Source of the DNA: Balanoglossus misakiensis
Taxonomy: Eukaryota; Animalia; Hemichordata
Assembly: GCA_040954595.2 (NCBI GenBank)
Contig: CM082596.2
Coordinates: 4,980,181-5,044,180 of the forward strand
DNA: 64,000 nt
Reading direction: 5' to 3'
The stretch's first letter is position 1; every line of letters starts with the position of its first letter. The notes beneath the pieces were generated by a model, which was given only the letters and a program-made list of their open reading frames with translations, was not told the origin of the DNA and ran no database searches. The position numbers and the translations under genes are program-made. This document shows, piece by piece, positions 36,732-51,100 of this stretch.

Positions 36732-39700
36732 GTAAGTAAGTTTTCACTATTTACTACTTAGTTAACTGCCTGAGCGTAGCAATCTACGACGGCCCACAGC
36801 GGAAATATACATACCACTGAAAGCCAATCGGTAAAGTTCACCTGAGGCCCGTATAAAGTAGACGCTACGAATGGCGACATGCAGTTGTTGCAAGTTTATT
36901 TTTAAATCACAAGATATTTGATGTTACGTGCAGCTCGAGTATGGTCCAAATGCCCTTGTCTGACCAGACGGGGGTGACGCAAATTTATCGAATGAATGAA
37001 CAGGAATGGACAACGGATATGTGACCATGGTTTGGAGGCCAAGTGTGAGGTGGTCATTTCTGTAACTTGCGTATTGCGAATTGTTCGCAATGTAGGCCTC
37101 GAAACCATCTGTCACAAATCCACACGTGAGAAAGTTGACAAATTAACAGGCACCCACCCCAATATCACAAACAGAGACGGCGATATGTCATTGACCTTGG
37201 TTTGACCTTTATTTACATTATGAGGTCAAACGAAGAAAGTGATTTAAACGTCGTTTCGCACTGTGAACAATAGTTAACGGTCAGGAATGGATTATAGATG
37301 TGTAGAACATAACCTGGGTATTTAGGTCACGATTTTGTCTGCAGCTATGTGTATATATAAATAGTTGTGGACAAAAGGTTCAGTCAAGTAGAACCAGTCC
37401 CACATCTTGCACTTGCTGAAGGTGACCCACTTTTCTTCACTTGAGAGGGTAAAGTTTCTGAACACCATTGTGAAAGTCTCACAGTACAGCAAACCACTTT
37501 CACGGGTTGAGTGTTATCGTTTTGCAGTTATCTTTTCTCTTCCTGATCCTGTAAAATAAAGAAGATAAAAGGCTGTTTAATGTTAGGAATTCCAAATTTG
37601 TTACCTAAGCTTTATTAATGGGGGTTTCATACAGGAAAGATATCTGTATTGTTCAGCCAATCAGCTTATTGGGTTACTTTAGGTCATACTGCATATGATA
37701 GGCATCATTTGATTGACAGTCTGATTGTTTTCGGATAAAACTTTGGATCTAAGGGCACAATGAACTTGTTACAGCCATTATTATAGTAGCTGGAAGGGTC
37801 TTTTCACATAATGATATAACTCTCCTAAGATTATTGCAGTTTTCAAAGTCTTGTCGATTTGTACCTAGGGTGATATTGGTTCAACCATGATTTCTTGCCA
37901 TACAGTGGTACTATAGTAAACTAAACCACCAACTCAACTGATGTAATGTTGGCATTTATAAAACAAGCATAATCTATACGTAACAGAATTTTAGTTGTCA
38001 GACAGTCAATGTTTTATCATGTACGTGATTATATTGTAACGATCTGAAAACTGTAATAGATGACAGTGTACTGTCCTACATTACAAGTACATTCGTGTAT
38101 AACAGTGTCATCATTGTTTCTGTACTTGTGCAATGATGACGCATTTTATAGGTTGAAAAATTAAAAATTAAATCAATATTTCACATTCATGATTTTTTGC
38201 CACCTTTTTTTACCTTCAGAATTTTGAATTATGCATCCTTATTATGCCAGGGACAACACTTTTATCACATTGATCTGATTCCCAGAAATAAATTCGGAAA
38301 TTTACAATATAATTACTGTTTGACCTGTACCTGCAGGTGTTTGCCCATATTTGTCTAGGGTGCTGTGGGACGTCGTTAACTCTCATGAATATTCAGTGAC
38401 TTTATTTTAATCCTATGGCCTTTTAAATGATTTATGGAGGCTGTAATATTGATATTTCATAGTTCAGTGCTGGTTATACAAATAACATTTCCTGCTAATA
38501 TTAACCCTCAAATGTATCAGTTAATTTTTATGCTTGTAGATCAAACAAAGGTCAGGGAGAAAGGAAGGTGAAATTGTGATATCTTTATCAACAGATTTTT
38601 TCAAGGTTACATGTACATACGAATATGATGCAATGATGCAATATTACAATTACCCTGATCGATTACAGTTGAAAGGTGTCGCGTCGACCAAACTCATGAA
38701 CAGTGGTCACCTGTGCCTCCCAGATTCACAGCACTTGACTTTTAGCTAGCTCTGGGCTCGTTTAGGATGATACATGTGTAGGGTGAAAAGTTGAAGAACA
38801 GGGTTACTGTAAACGCGATACTAGTGTATCTGATGACAGATCCAATTCCTGATGAAATATAATCCCGCCAGAGTGAAAACATAAATTTCCAGGTCAGAAC
38901 AGCAGGTCGTACAAATATTTTCACACAAGGAAGATACCTTACTGGTTTCCATTCCTTCTGGAATTTGATACAGTGTACATTACAAGGCAAAAGTACATTG
39001 TACAAATGTCTTGTTGGAAATGTCATGGCTTTAGCCAACTTGAGTGTGGCCTAATTAAACACAAATATCAGGACTGAACTTGCACACACCTGAGATTTGG
39101 ACTTTCTACAGTACTCGGACTCAGAGAGGTCAGTCTGCACAAAGTTGTGCGAACATGCATTAATTCAGGCAGACTGTGGCCCGCTCTGTAGACAGTCCAC
39201 AAACGTCTAATGGTCGGGTAATGTGGGCTGATGAGGGACACGCCGGACATAATCACCACAATACAATGAATTGTGTGTTTTGTTGAAAATGAGGTGACAT
39301 GGATGGAGAATGTTATTAGCCTGACAAATATTGACCTAAGGGGATCAAGTTTCGGCAAACTGTATGGTATACATGTACCACCTGCACCTTCTGAAAACGA
39401 AAAAACCACACCCAAACGTTATTTTCACTGATGCGTGCATCGCATTTGCATGTAACAGATGCGATCAGCCACCTTCCATTGTGTAGTGTTTGCATGGCCT
39501 CATCAGATAAGTGTGCATCAGACATTAAGTAAACACATTGTTTGTTTATAGATAACAGTAAATAACAGCAAAACACACATACTTCACAGTCTTGGTGGCC
39601 TGAATGAGTGACCCTAAATGAAATACTACATATTATAGGGTTACTTTGGATAAGATTCTTGTTCACGGTTCTGTTGTTCCATGTGTTAATATACATCGGC

Positions 39701-42240
39701 TTCAAATAAAAAAGTCGGTATTACAATTAGAAGTACATTTTTCTGGCTGACGAAAATGTTTAATGTATTAATTCATGATAGCCTGAGTACTATCTTTGCT
39801 AGCTATGCTAGGCTTGTTTGTGACCTTAAGTTCTAGACAGTGTTGGCTGAGATAACACATCTATGCAATTTGGACAAGATGCGAACTTGTGTGATTTGAA
39901 TACCAAACTAGGATATTCTAAGGTCAGTTTGCAAATTAATCACTGAAATCAGGTGGCCTGATCACCTGATCAGCTCAGGTGGCCAGACTGCAAAGAGCGT
40001 TGTCAAGTGTCTCCTTGAAACCAACCTCGCATCTTTGCGCAATTTTCTCGAGTAGTTTTGCTGTTTATTGTGCAATTTGTGGTGAGTGCAATGACCAGTT
40101 ACAGCATACGTGTAGAATTTTACTTTGTATATGCACAGCAAAAAGGTACTTGTAGTCAGCCAAAGGGGCCAGGCTAGCCAAAGGGTGTCAAAGGGAACCT
40201 CTTGATTTGTCCTCATCATAAAATGCATAGTGTGTACGCATGTGTCTGACCAATAAACTACCAACTACTACTATTTTTGCACATCTGTCACTATTTTCAA
40301 ACGTGACATTTTTATCTGTAAACTGATATTAATCATAGCAAAACTCTAACGTAATGTGTGTTCAGCATGAGATATGATAAATTATCGCGTGAAACACATT
40401 GATAACAATTGCGATATTGCTAATTGGAATTTAAGCATCGTTTACTGTCACAGATCATTATTCATAAGTAAACTTATCAGATATGGTGTACAGTACCGGT
40501 ACATGTAGTAACATTTGAAATTTGCAATTAGGCACCAATGGAAAATTCATTACATGCTATCGTCACATTTCCTAAAACCTATCTACCTGCCGTGTGAAAA
40601 GATATCTACATAGTTTTGGGAGAGGGACCTTTTAATGCTATGCTTACAATGCAAGGAAATCAAACTAGGACATTTAAGCTTGGTTAGAACAACTACATGT
40701 AACACACATGCAAACACTCTCATGGTTGTTTATCATGTCCAGAAGGTCACTGCAACTTTTAGTCAATTTGCCATATTGGATGGCTGTACACATCAGTAGC
40801 AAATCCTTGGAGCAAAATATTTGTTGATTGTTTTGTTTTAGTATGTGCTCGTTGCCTCATACATATATCATTATTATTGATTTCCTTCCAAAGAGAAAAT
40901 ATTGTAAATAGTTTGGTAACTGAAGAACTTTGTCCCCTCTGCGCCATTGCGCAATGTTGACAGTGGAAATAGCTACAGTACCAGTGAGAGAAAAAAGGTG
41001 ACTGCCCGATATTCACTGATATTGTCCTGTTACCGAATTTGTTTTTTACCACAGCAATGTTATTTTGTAAAGTCTGATATAGCAATTCTGAAGCCAAGAT
41101 CTTGTCCATTGCAAACAGAGTGTGCATCATATAGGAAGTTTGTTGTCCCAAAAAGTATATCAGTACAAGGTACATACACGACCCCCGTACTTGAAACTAC
41201 CATGATAACGACAACCTAAATGGTGCAGTGTACTTCTGTGCCCTGAATTGTCCACAACTTCACTGCACGTAAATTCCATCCAATTTATGCTTATCTGATT
41301 TGTAGAATTTGTTCAGTGGTTCTCAATGTGATTATGCTAATTAAGGATAATTACGTGAGCTTCTGTCCATTATAATCAAACTTAGTGTGTGTGTTCACCC
41401 CATTCAGTAAATCAGTGAGTGTTCAAGCCAGTCATGGATGACAAGAGCACAGCTGAGTCCATTTTAAGCTGAATTTCCTTCTGCATTTGTAATACACAGC
41501 TGGTCAATGATTGATTAGCAGGTGTAACTGCCAAGCTGGTTAATTTATAATAAAATATGAAATTTCGCAATAAAAATCGGCTTAGTCATGGGGGACACAC
41601 TTACAAACACAGATTGTAATCAATAATGTCTGTCTTCAGATATGTACATATTGAGAATACCCTTATATTCATATGATTAATTCATGTATAATGTAGAATA
41701 GTTCTCAGTGATCATTTAACAAGATGCGTGTATAAATGCTTCTTTGTGAAAAACAAAAGCAACTTTACTATGCCAGAATATAATGTAGTTGAGGTATCAA
41801 TTTCAAGCTGTTTGATATTTAAACAAAAAAGGCATATGCAGACAGATGTATTTACCTATGTGCTTTGTGCTTGTTCAACCAGGTTGCGACTTTATGTAAA
41901 TTTTGGAGTCTATGGCTGCATCAGATTTGTGTAACCTCTAGAGGAAAGACTGAGTTCAAACTTCCTTGTGTGATTTACTTCCTTTTAATACTCTGTTGCC
42001 AATTATACTTATATAAATACAAAAAGTAGGTTGCTTCAAATTGTCAATAGTTTTTGATATGCCAGGTTAATTATTAATGGTCTTCGTTGAAACGTGGTGG
42101 GTTATCTTGGTGCATACAAGTTGAGAAGAGCGTCCTCTATGAAACAAGCTGCTGTAATCTTTTGTTTACAATATTACCGGTAATCCGCAAGTGGCAATCA
42201 TTGGTTATGATCAATTGCTTGCTCATACATCACAGAATGT

Positions 42241-42425
42241 GTAAAACCTGTCTAAACCGAACCCTGTCTAATCTGGAAACCTGTCTACACTGAACACTCT
42301 TTCCAGTCCCCTTCACATAAGTCCTAATGTTAGAACTAGAAGAACCTCTATAAACCAGACACCTCTGCAAACCGAACAATATTCTCAGTCCCCTTTGGGG
42401 TACGGTTCAGACAGGTTTTACTGTA
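42241..42425. mobile_element. Short Tc1/mariner (Tigger-like) MITE remnant
   Basis: GTAAAACCTGTCTAAACCG ... CGGTTCAGACAGGTTTTACTG-TA imperfect TIRs with internal AACCTGTCTA repeats. Confidence 0.6.
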
Positions 42426-42688
42426 TCATGTTGTATTAAAATTGACTACAATGTCCATTCATTTTTTCTTCAGGATTTGGTACAAGTCAACTGATTGCTG
42501 TTTAGCTGCTACTGATCAACTTGCTCACAAGGAGGACCCTTTTGGACTGTGCGTGTGTGACGTGGCAACCCCTGCATCAAGCAAGCACGGCATCGACCCA
42601 TCTTGCGCAGACGTGAGACGAGAGCCCCGGACGGGAGACGGAGCATGGTAGCCTGGCGGTGACCCACCGGTAATTGTAGCCTGTCAAG

Positions 42689-45156
42689 CTGGCTCGTAAG
42701 CAGATACCCAGCATTTCTTTCAGGTCCGATGACGAGGAGGTGTTTGCCAATGAACTGAGCCCCAACGATGGCATAGTTTACAAGGAGGCCAGTACTCTTA
42801 CAGGTGAGTGGAATTGTGGAGAGAAAAGTTTGCAATCTATCTAGAATGAAAATGATGTAAAACAACACAGATACATCAGTGTCAATCTTATCAAACTTAT
42901 TTTTTGATTTCCCGATTTTAATGCCTATGCTTTCAAATGATTAGTAAATTAGTGCATGCCATACTAACAGTTGCCTTTTTGTTTTGCTTATTGTGTGTTG
43001 GTTTCATTTCATTTCATGCTTTGCCAATGTCACAGCCACTGCCACTGATAATGCCACTGCCAATGCCAAGGTCATTGCCAATGCAGGGAGTGGAGTAGCT
43101 GGTCAGGTACCCGGCAAAGCCTCTCCAGGTATTACCATGTCATTTTGTGCACTGTCACTGAGCCTTGTGATCTTAAAATGCTTCTGTTTCTACCTAACAC
43201 CACTTCATATAGCCTACGACACGACACAACACAACACAACACAACACAACACAACACAACGCAACACAACGCAACACAACACAACACAACACAACACAAC
43301 ACTGTCTTGAAGTTTGACTTGAGATATAAAACAAATGTGCACATACAAATTCTTCCATAAATTTCATCTGCACATCCGTTCAGTGGGTTTATGGCACATT
43401 CTGGGATAGATATGATTTCATGAAATCTCAAATACTTTGCGTGACTTCTCTGTTTGCGGTGGAGGGTGCTTTGGACTTTGTGTGTGGTTTTTCTAAACTT
43501 GGTGGTAGGGGGCGCTTTTACTAACACACCCTGGGTAGATGTCTAGTTCCCGCTACTGTCTATGGTTCTATGTACTCTCTTCAACCTCTCTCACAACACA
43601 GCCCCCTCACCGGCAACTCAGTCTAAGCCAAGCCAGGTCAAACAAAGCTCTGAGTAGCTGACATTTGCTAGTCAATACAATGCTGGATCTGTGCTTGTTG
43701 CAAACTGTCACAGATCATTAGATACTGGCAGCTGAAAAAATATAATTTTAATTCATGATAGTTCAAGTTCATCATTGATGCAGAACACCATGTAGAAAAT
43801 GGCAGTCAAATTGAACTTAATCACAAAGTAACATGTACTATTTACCAAAACACATGGTTATGATGGTCAAACTTTGTTATATTATGTTTCTTTGGTTCCT
43901 TTTATCAATGATTAATTTTGATGGCCATAGAGTACACTTAAAAAAGCAACTACAGTCTACTGTAGGTATTGAAAAATACAGTGTGTTGAAATTTTGTTTA
44001 CTCTTTGCAAGTTGCAAGCACAACTTGTTTTGACACTAGTGCAACAGTTAAATTTTATGCCGTGCCATTTCTGGTGCTGTGTTTTATGGTTTGGCCTGTT
44101 CCGCACAGACTCTTTGAATAGCCTGGGTTTATAGAATTCTCTTTAAAAACATTACCAGTTGTGAGATTCATTCAAAGACGAGGGTGGTCAGGGTACTAGG
44201 TGACTCGAAGGCATTTTGTGACTGAGGTAATTTTAAGAGGGAATGTTTGAGTGTGTGTCTTACCTCAATCGACTTGCTCGAGCGCAAGGCCACTTTTTGA
44301 TCAACAAATTGACCATGAAGCACAGTAGGTACATACGTGTGGTTGTCCACTAAGCTCTTTCTGTGGAAGACTAGTCCCACAGGTAGCACTCAATACCAGC
44401 CAACAATCACCTTGTTGTTTCACCGGCCCATACAGCACTTACTGACAGTGCGATGAGATCTCATGCATAGTGAGATCACCACAAAATTACCCACAATGCC
44501 ACAAATTTAAGACCAGGCTAGAATATTGTGAAAGGTAAACGCTCACCAATGCAAATTTAGGCACATTTCCAACAGGGAGTTGAGATCTAGCCAATGAGAG
44601 ATTTTCACTTGGGTGACCTGAAAATAGGACACCACCACACGGTCATGAAAAGACTAAGGCATGCCTCTGGAGCTTGACCATTGTCAGAGTGACCAAATTC
44701 TTGCAAAGTATTGTATGATCTGTCAAGTGTAAATTTTCCATTTTCTATATAAGCTGTAAAGATTGGTTTCACTGATGTGGATTTTTTTCATGTATTCTAT
44801 CACTGAGAATATCGCCAACATTGTATCTAACTCCTCTAATAAATCCTGTTACTCTGTCTTCCAATGAATCAGAAAATATTTTTGGTAGAAATGTACTAAC
44901 CGTAGTTTGATACATTTTGTGTGTGTGTTTTTTTATCACGTAGATGTGTGCAACAATTCTAATATTCCAGAAGTTGAGATTATCAGTCTGCTGGAAGAGA
45001 AAATCCCTCTCTATAAATTACGAGCCGATACAATCACTAATCTAACGTACGATCACGAAGACTGGACGCACACAGCTTCCGCCGCTCACCACGAGCAGGA
45101 GGAGGAGGCGTATGACCTTTCACCTGCCCTTGCAGAGGAGACACTGAAATATTTCA
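42689..45156 (+). CDS. TRAK1: Trafficking kinesin-binding protein (TRAK/Milton), N-terminal exons only (exon 42474-42803, exon 44944-45156); gene continues beyond
   Basis: Spliced translation ...YKEASTLT|DVCNNSNIPEVEIISLLEEKIPLYKLRADT...YDHEDW...EETLKYF matches the HAP1_N start of TRAK1/2 (DVCN...PEVEIISLLEEQLPHYKLRADT...EETLKYF). Start codon uncertain; ortholog of both TRAK1 and TRAK2. Confidence 0.85.
43218..43300. repeat. (CACAA)n microsatellite
   Basis: Pentanucleotide array in the TRAK intron. Confidence 0.95.
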
Positions 45157-48100
45157 GTAAGTGGAGTACAGTCTAGTCTGAGTGTGTGTGTATGTGTGTG
45201 TTTGTTTGTGTGTGTGCGTACAGTGATTTTGTTGAGACTGGTACCTTGGTAAATGTTCACGGGATTCTCCAGTTATTTCACCAGGGATCCCCTGGATATA
45301 TCTATGCATTTATACGATAGCTACTTTTTTGTAGCAGAAACATTTCTGGGGTCCCCGGTTCATTTACCAATGGTTCTTAACCTTAGCAAAAACACTGTGT
45401 GTGCAGCACATTGTTCTTATGTATCAACTGTATTGTACGTAGCTTTGTGTTCGCCAGTATATGTTGATGCTGATGGCGAAATTTTTCCAGTTTGTCTGTA
45501 CTCCTCTGCTCATCTATACTGGATCCAAAGTACCGGTAAGTTACCGACTGGGTCAGGTGGGGTGTCTTACGGCCCTGACTGAGGATTGCAGAAAAATGTA
45601 ATTTCATGGAGACGAAGATGAAGCAGCCAAAAACTGTTGAAATACGAAGAAACTGGACAGCGGACACCCTCTACAATGTACTTTGTGATTTTACCACCTT
45701 GTAACCTTTCACCATGTGGTTCTCAGCTCTTACTGGTCAAATGACAAATCTTAGATTTTGGCGCAGTCTGATATGATAATAGTAATTGTAATTGTCAATT
45801 AGCACTAAATTTCAGATGCATATTGTAGCGTTGAAGCCAAATCTGCCTTGGCAGAAGCTGAGTACTGGAAATGTTCCAAATTTAGTTGCTGTATCATGGC
45901 AGGTCTTGTGATTTGCTATGCGGGCCACTTAACCTTAGTTACCCTTTTTGGTTAAAATTTTGAGAAAATTGATGAGAATTCATCTGTCTCGATCAGTGAT
46001 TAATTTTTCAGGGATTGAATTGTCTGTGCATGATCCTTTTAAGTTTTGTTCATATTTGACGAAAAAAATTAATGGGGATTACGTCACTGTTTTAAGAAAA
46101 TGACATAATTTGTCATGATGATCATTGCTGCAAAAGGCTGAGGCAGTTGTCGTAAAAGGGTGCAGTGTTTGCTGCAAAGGGGTGCACAGGACATTGCTGT
46201 CTTGTGATTGGCTGATGTTTCATTGTTGAGTTTATGCAACAGGTAGCTGCATGATTGACATCTTAAAAATGCATGATGTAACCCACAACCTGTGCGATAA
46301 CCTCAAATGACCTTTTTGATATGATAAGTAAAAAAACTGAGATAAAGTGTTGGACTTTGAATGGTGAAAACAGCGATGGCACAGTGCGTTCTTTGTCGGG
46401 TAATTATACACCCAGGTGTTTGCGATTCATGACCGGGCAATCTGTCAAATTATTAGTGGACGTCGTCGGATTTAGTCTTGTATTACAGATCGTGACTATT
46501 GTCAAGGCATCTGTATAGAGCCAAACAAACAAACAAGATTTTCATGGTTTCTCCCAGTCCTTGTGGAGCTGAAAAAACGGCACAACCTCGTTCCCATCTC
46601 TGTCACATTGGTGCCCACCCCATGGCCCCGTGTATCTTCTCTGTAGGAATATTCCGTCCCCGTATGCTGCGATTAACGTACTATTCTTGCAGTGTGTTGA
46701 CATACTTGGTTGGGGGAGGGTGTGGGAACTGGGTGTTTTGACGTGCACCTGAGGTCGAAATTTTATCCCAGGGCACTGGAAATATGATTGGCTGTTTTGC
46801 TTGTTTCTTGCATAGCATATCAGATGTTGTCCAGGTGTTGTGTGTGATACATTCACACGATGGAAATTTGACTTAATTGGAAAATAATCCATGAGAAATG
46901 TTTGGGTTGCTGTCCTTGGTTCAATAAACTTATAATGTCAGTGATGAAGGAGCTGACCTGCTTTCTGTTGCTTGCACTGTAACTACACTCTACATCTCAG
47001 TAATTAATAGATGATAAACTCCTTTGTTGCTAGGGGTTACATAATCCTCTGCAGCTATGAGAATTATAATATGTCAAAAGGGATGACTGATCACGTTTGT
47101 ATACTAATGAATTTATAGCCGACAGTTTTCAATAAGATTTCAAGTGATTAACTAGGACTTGATTATAAAGCAGCATGCCCAGTCTAGCCAAAGGTCACCC
47201 GCAGGAAATTGTGTCTCTGAGGAAATGAAGTGGGAACAAGCACACCCTGGTTACCTAGCAACAGTGATTATGTACATTACCACTTGTAGTGGGGACTTTG
47301 TGTTCCGTCTGCTAAGGAATCTTGATTCCCTGATGCCTATTGTTCTCCTAGACTTTTATCCCATTGGATCATTATCCTACAGAACAATTGCCACAGTGGG
47401 ATACATCTTAAGAGGCTAATATCCAGTGAGATAAATGCCCTTTACTGATTTAAGTGGGTAACAACAAAACAATGTCTGAAAAAATTACCTCATTTGTGAT
47501 GTACATATAAAAGAATTTAAAGTAGCAATGTCTACCTGGTGCTCATAGGTTAGTACCAGGTGTATGTACTGATTATGGTGTGTTTTCTTGTTGTTCATAC
47601 TATCTACCAAAATATCTGAATCTTCAAACAAGTGCTCGATTTCCCATGTTCATCAGGTATGATGATAACGTCAGATGCGATGAACTTCATTAACCATGAA
47701 TGTCACGAAGTGGCTCGTTGTTTACATTGCACACATTCAAGTATTCTCTCCAGGGTAACTTCCTTGTCAAATATTTGCCTTTCCATTTATAGAGTTTTAA
47801 TTTTCTGCATATAACTGCATGAAATTCTGAAATGTTTGGATACATTGAGTCAAGAGGGGTGTCTGTCAGTTCAGAAAGTAGAAAAATAAACATTAGCAGT
47901 GATTGTCACATTACTTCAGCCATACATTATTAGGACAGTTATAAACAGAATTTTCATAATATGATTACATAAGCACTAATATTAAAAAAATTATGGATGC
48001 GTTTATGGAAAATTTATATTATATAATGCCTTACTAAATGTATTTTGGCGATGTATTCTGTGTGATTGTCACGACAACTGAGGTTGCTAGTTTTTCAGTC

Positions 48101-51100
48101 ACTGACTGGCGACGTATTGTAGGTGTGTCTGAATTGAAAGTGGATTCATAATGTAGTGACGAATAAGCTTGATATTAGCATGACAATAGAATCATTGTCC
48201 AATCCTTTGAGTGAAGCGAACACCCTTCACTTCATTGTCTTTTCAGCGCCGTGTGTACGTACGTATGTAACCTACCGGCGGTCGCTGACTCGATTATAAG
48301 GGTCCGAGGGCTGCCATCGGGCGACCTTACCACACCTGGAAAATGTAGCGGTGTCACTATTCTGTCCTGTTTTTATTTCGAGGGAGATAAGCGTGTGCGC
48401 ATCATTCTGTGCCTTTCGCCGCCCCTGTGACTGAAAGCGAACGTAAAATGTAGCGTGGGTTATGCCCCTATAGTGGGAACCTGCCTCATTCATGGAATTC
48501 TGTGTGTCCGACATTGACAGTACTGATGTAACAGCCACGGAATGTGCCTTAAATGCCGTCACGCAAGGTACGAATCCGAACGTTAATTTCACCTGATCGC
48601 TTTTCTGCTAGTAATAGTATGATTCATGTAACAAGAGGGGTCATCCTTCATTTTGTAATCCACACACATACGCTTGATGTTCACTCCTAATGATAGGGTA
48701 CATATTATCTCAACCAGGTTCTATGTGAATGTCAAGTGAATTTATTTCTCTTTGCATAAGCTTGAAACACTCACCCAGGGAATTAATTTGCCCCAGGTAA
48801 GTGTTTGGGTAATGTGTTAGTAATTCATACATTGCACTGGAAATTGACACACCTGCTGTAGACGAGGCAAGCAAATTATTTCGGTTGGCTGTGAAATTTT
48901 ACCGCGATCATTACACCGTGTCCATAACAAGGTACATTGTAACGTTATAACTCAACATGATCTGTCAATATTCTGTCCTCTGTTTCTGCGTCTATTTTGT
49001 GTTTAGGGAATTGTAGTATGGCTGTCACGCATCAATGAAATGGGATAAGTAGACCAGGTCATGTTTACTGTCAGTGGATATTCTCGTCGTGCGCGATACA
49101 GTGCTTGTGTGTGTGTGTCTCGTACAATGGATGGAGGTGGTGCTTTCCATTGGGATGAAATTCAAATACTGTATTAACCAGCTTCGTGGATAAATTCATT
49201 AGAAGGGCTCTTATGTTGCCATAGACCACTTAACTGCTACACACTCGCTTGGTTCGTTTGTGCCGTTTTATTGACTCCTGGTTCATTTGTATCGTTTTAT
49301 CGATTGCAACCGTTCGTTTCTCCATTGTTTTGTACGTCGGTGCTGTGATTCTTTACATTGTATGGACAGAATTTAGCAGGAAGTTGTGATTTTTTTGTTG
49401 TTGAAAAGAACTAAAGGATAGGGTCATCTCGGGTGACTAAATTGGCTTTTAAAAATTAACATTTCTTGGCCGGTTCTGAAACTTGTCTCTAGACAGTTTC
49501 AGATTTCATTCTAATCATGTCTGTGTGGAAAAATGTAACACCTGATGCTCTTTATAAATCAACATGGGTACAATCGACATTTGTCTACGTGTAGCCAGAA
49601 ATTAAAATGTTTCTTAATTTTACCTGAAAATTTTAATAGCTTATTGTTAAAGGTGGGATGAAAAGTGAAAACTCAGTTTCTTTGTCAATCATGACATTTA
49701 ACTTCGTGTGCGTGTCGGGAACCAAGGATGCCAAATTTACCAAATTATTGACAACATGTATCAGAACTTTCCAATTAAAAATTTGAAGTAAAAATGAGAC
49801 GGAGTTGGAAACAGATACACAGACAGACTCGCAGACACACAGACAGATCTCGAACTGCATCTAAAAACAGGCAATATTATTTGACTTTGATCATAAAACA
49901 AACATTTATATCTGTATAACTATTGATTAAAGCTTATGTACAATTGTGAAGCAAATAAAAATTCAGATAACCAAAGGGAACAAACATAGATAAAAGGCGG
50001 CAATACCATAACTCCACGAACAGAGAGTTGATTCATTTTGCCTGAAGCACTCCAATATTCAGTATATGTGAACTGACGCAAAGTTCACACTGATAGGACT
50101 AAAAAGATGCGCAAATGCTGTGGTACAATATACAGTATCTAATTTTGATAATCAATGTTGTGGTCTATGCATATATTGCAGTAATGTCCTCCGTATAGCA
50201 TTCACACATCAAATCCGTGAAATGGGATTTTTCTGCTTTGTGTAATTGTATTGAGGTTTGTGTGTACAGGCAATATAATACTAATATTGCACTTCTACCC
50301 AGTGTAATGAATACTGCAGTCAAAGCCCTATAGCTGCATAAAGGCAAACCTGGTTTACCTACCGACATGAAAGCAATCAATTCCAGCAAGTATTGTGCCG
50401 TTGCCATGGAAACAGCCCCACTAAGTATCAAGACAGGGAAAATCTAATTGAAAAGGGCGTCTTGCTTGCGTCGGGGAAAAAATTGTGTTTGGTGTCCCTG
50501 GGGTGCTAAGTCTTACGTTGTCCATGAAATGACTGTATTCGTTGAAAGCTGACATTAGCAAAACCAGTGAAAGGTAATGATAAATCTATTGTCAGTTTCA
50601 TATTTTTGCTGTTTCTCCTTTCTTATGCTTGTCAAATTATCGTAATTATGCACATATACATCAGACGTCTTCTAGTCAGATTATTGTAAATGGATATTGA
50701 CAGCAGCTCTTTTCTCACATATTCACCGATAATGGGATTACAATTACCATAATGCGATAAAGTGTGTGTTTCCATATATCACGGTTAGGTCCTTGCTGGT
50801 GGTTTGAACATAGACATTTCCCTCTAGGGTCTGTGGTTTAAAGTAAATTTATGGATGATACTCTGTTTTGTCTGTCTGCCTTGTACTGTAATCTTGTCTT
50901 TTTATCATTGTCTGTCTGTCTGTCTGTCTGCCTGCCTGTCTGTCTTGCGCCTGCAGTATGCCTGTATGATGTCAGTCTCTATTAGTAATCATGAACACTA
51001 GAATTTACTGTTCTCTTCATTTTTAATTTTCAATAATTGCTGTGTATCTAACTTCCTCTTTTAATAGTAATACGAGCTGATGGGGAATGTGTAAATTAGA

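Noticed and set aside
37380-40100. Possible - strand splice sites suggesting an antisense transcript in the first TRAK intron
   Set aside because: No coherent ORF or exon chain could be built; isolated splice-like motifs are expected by chance.
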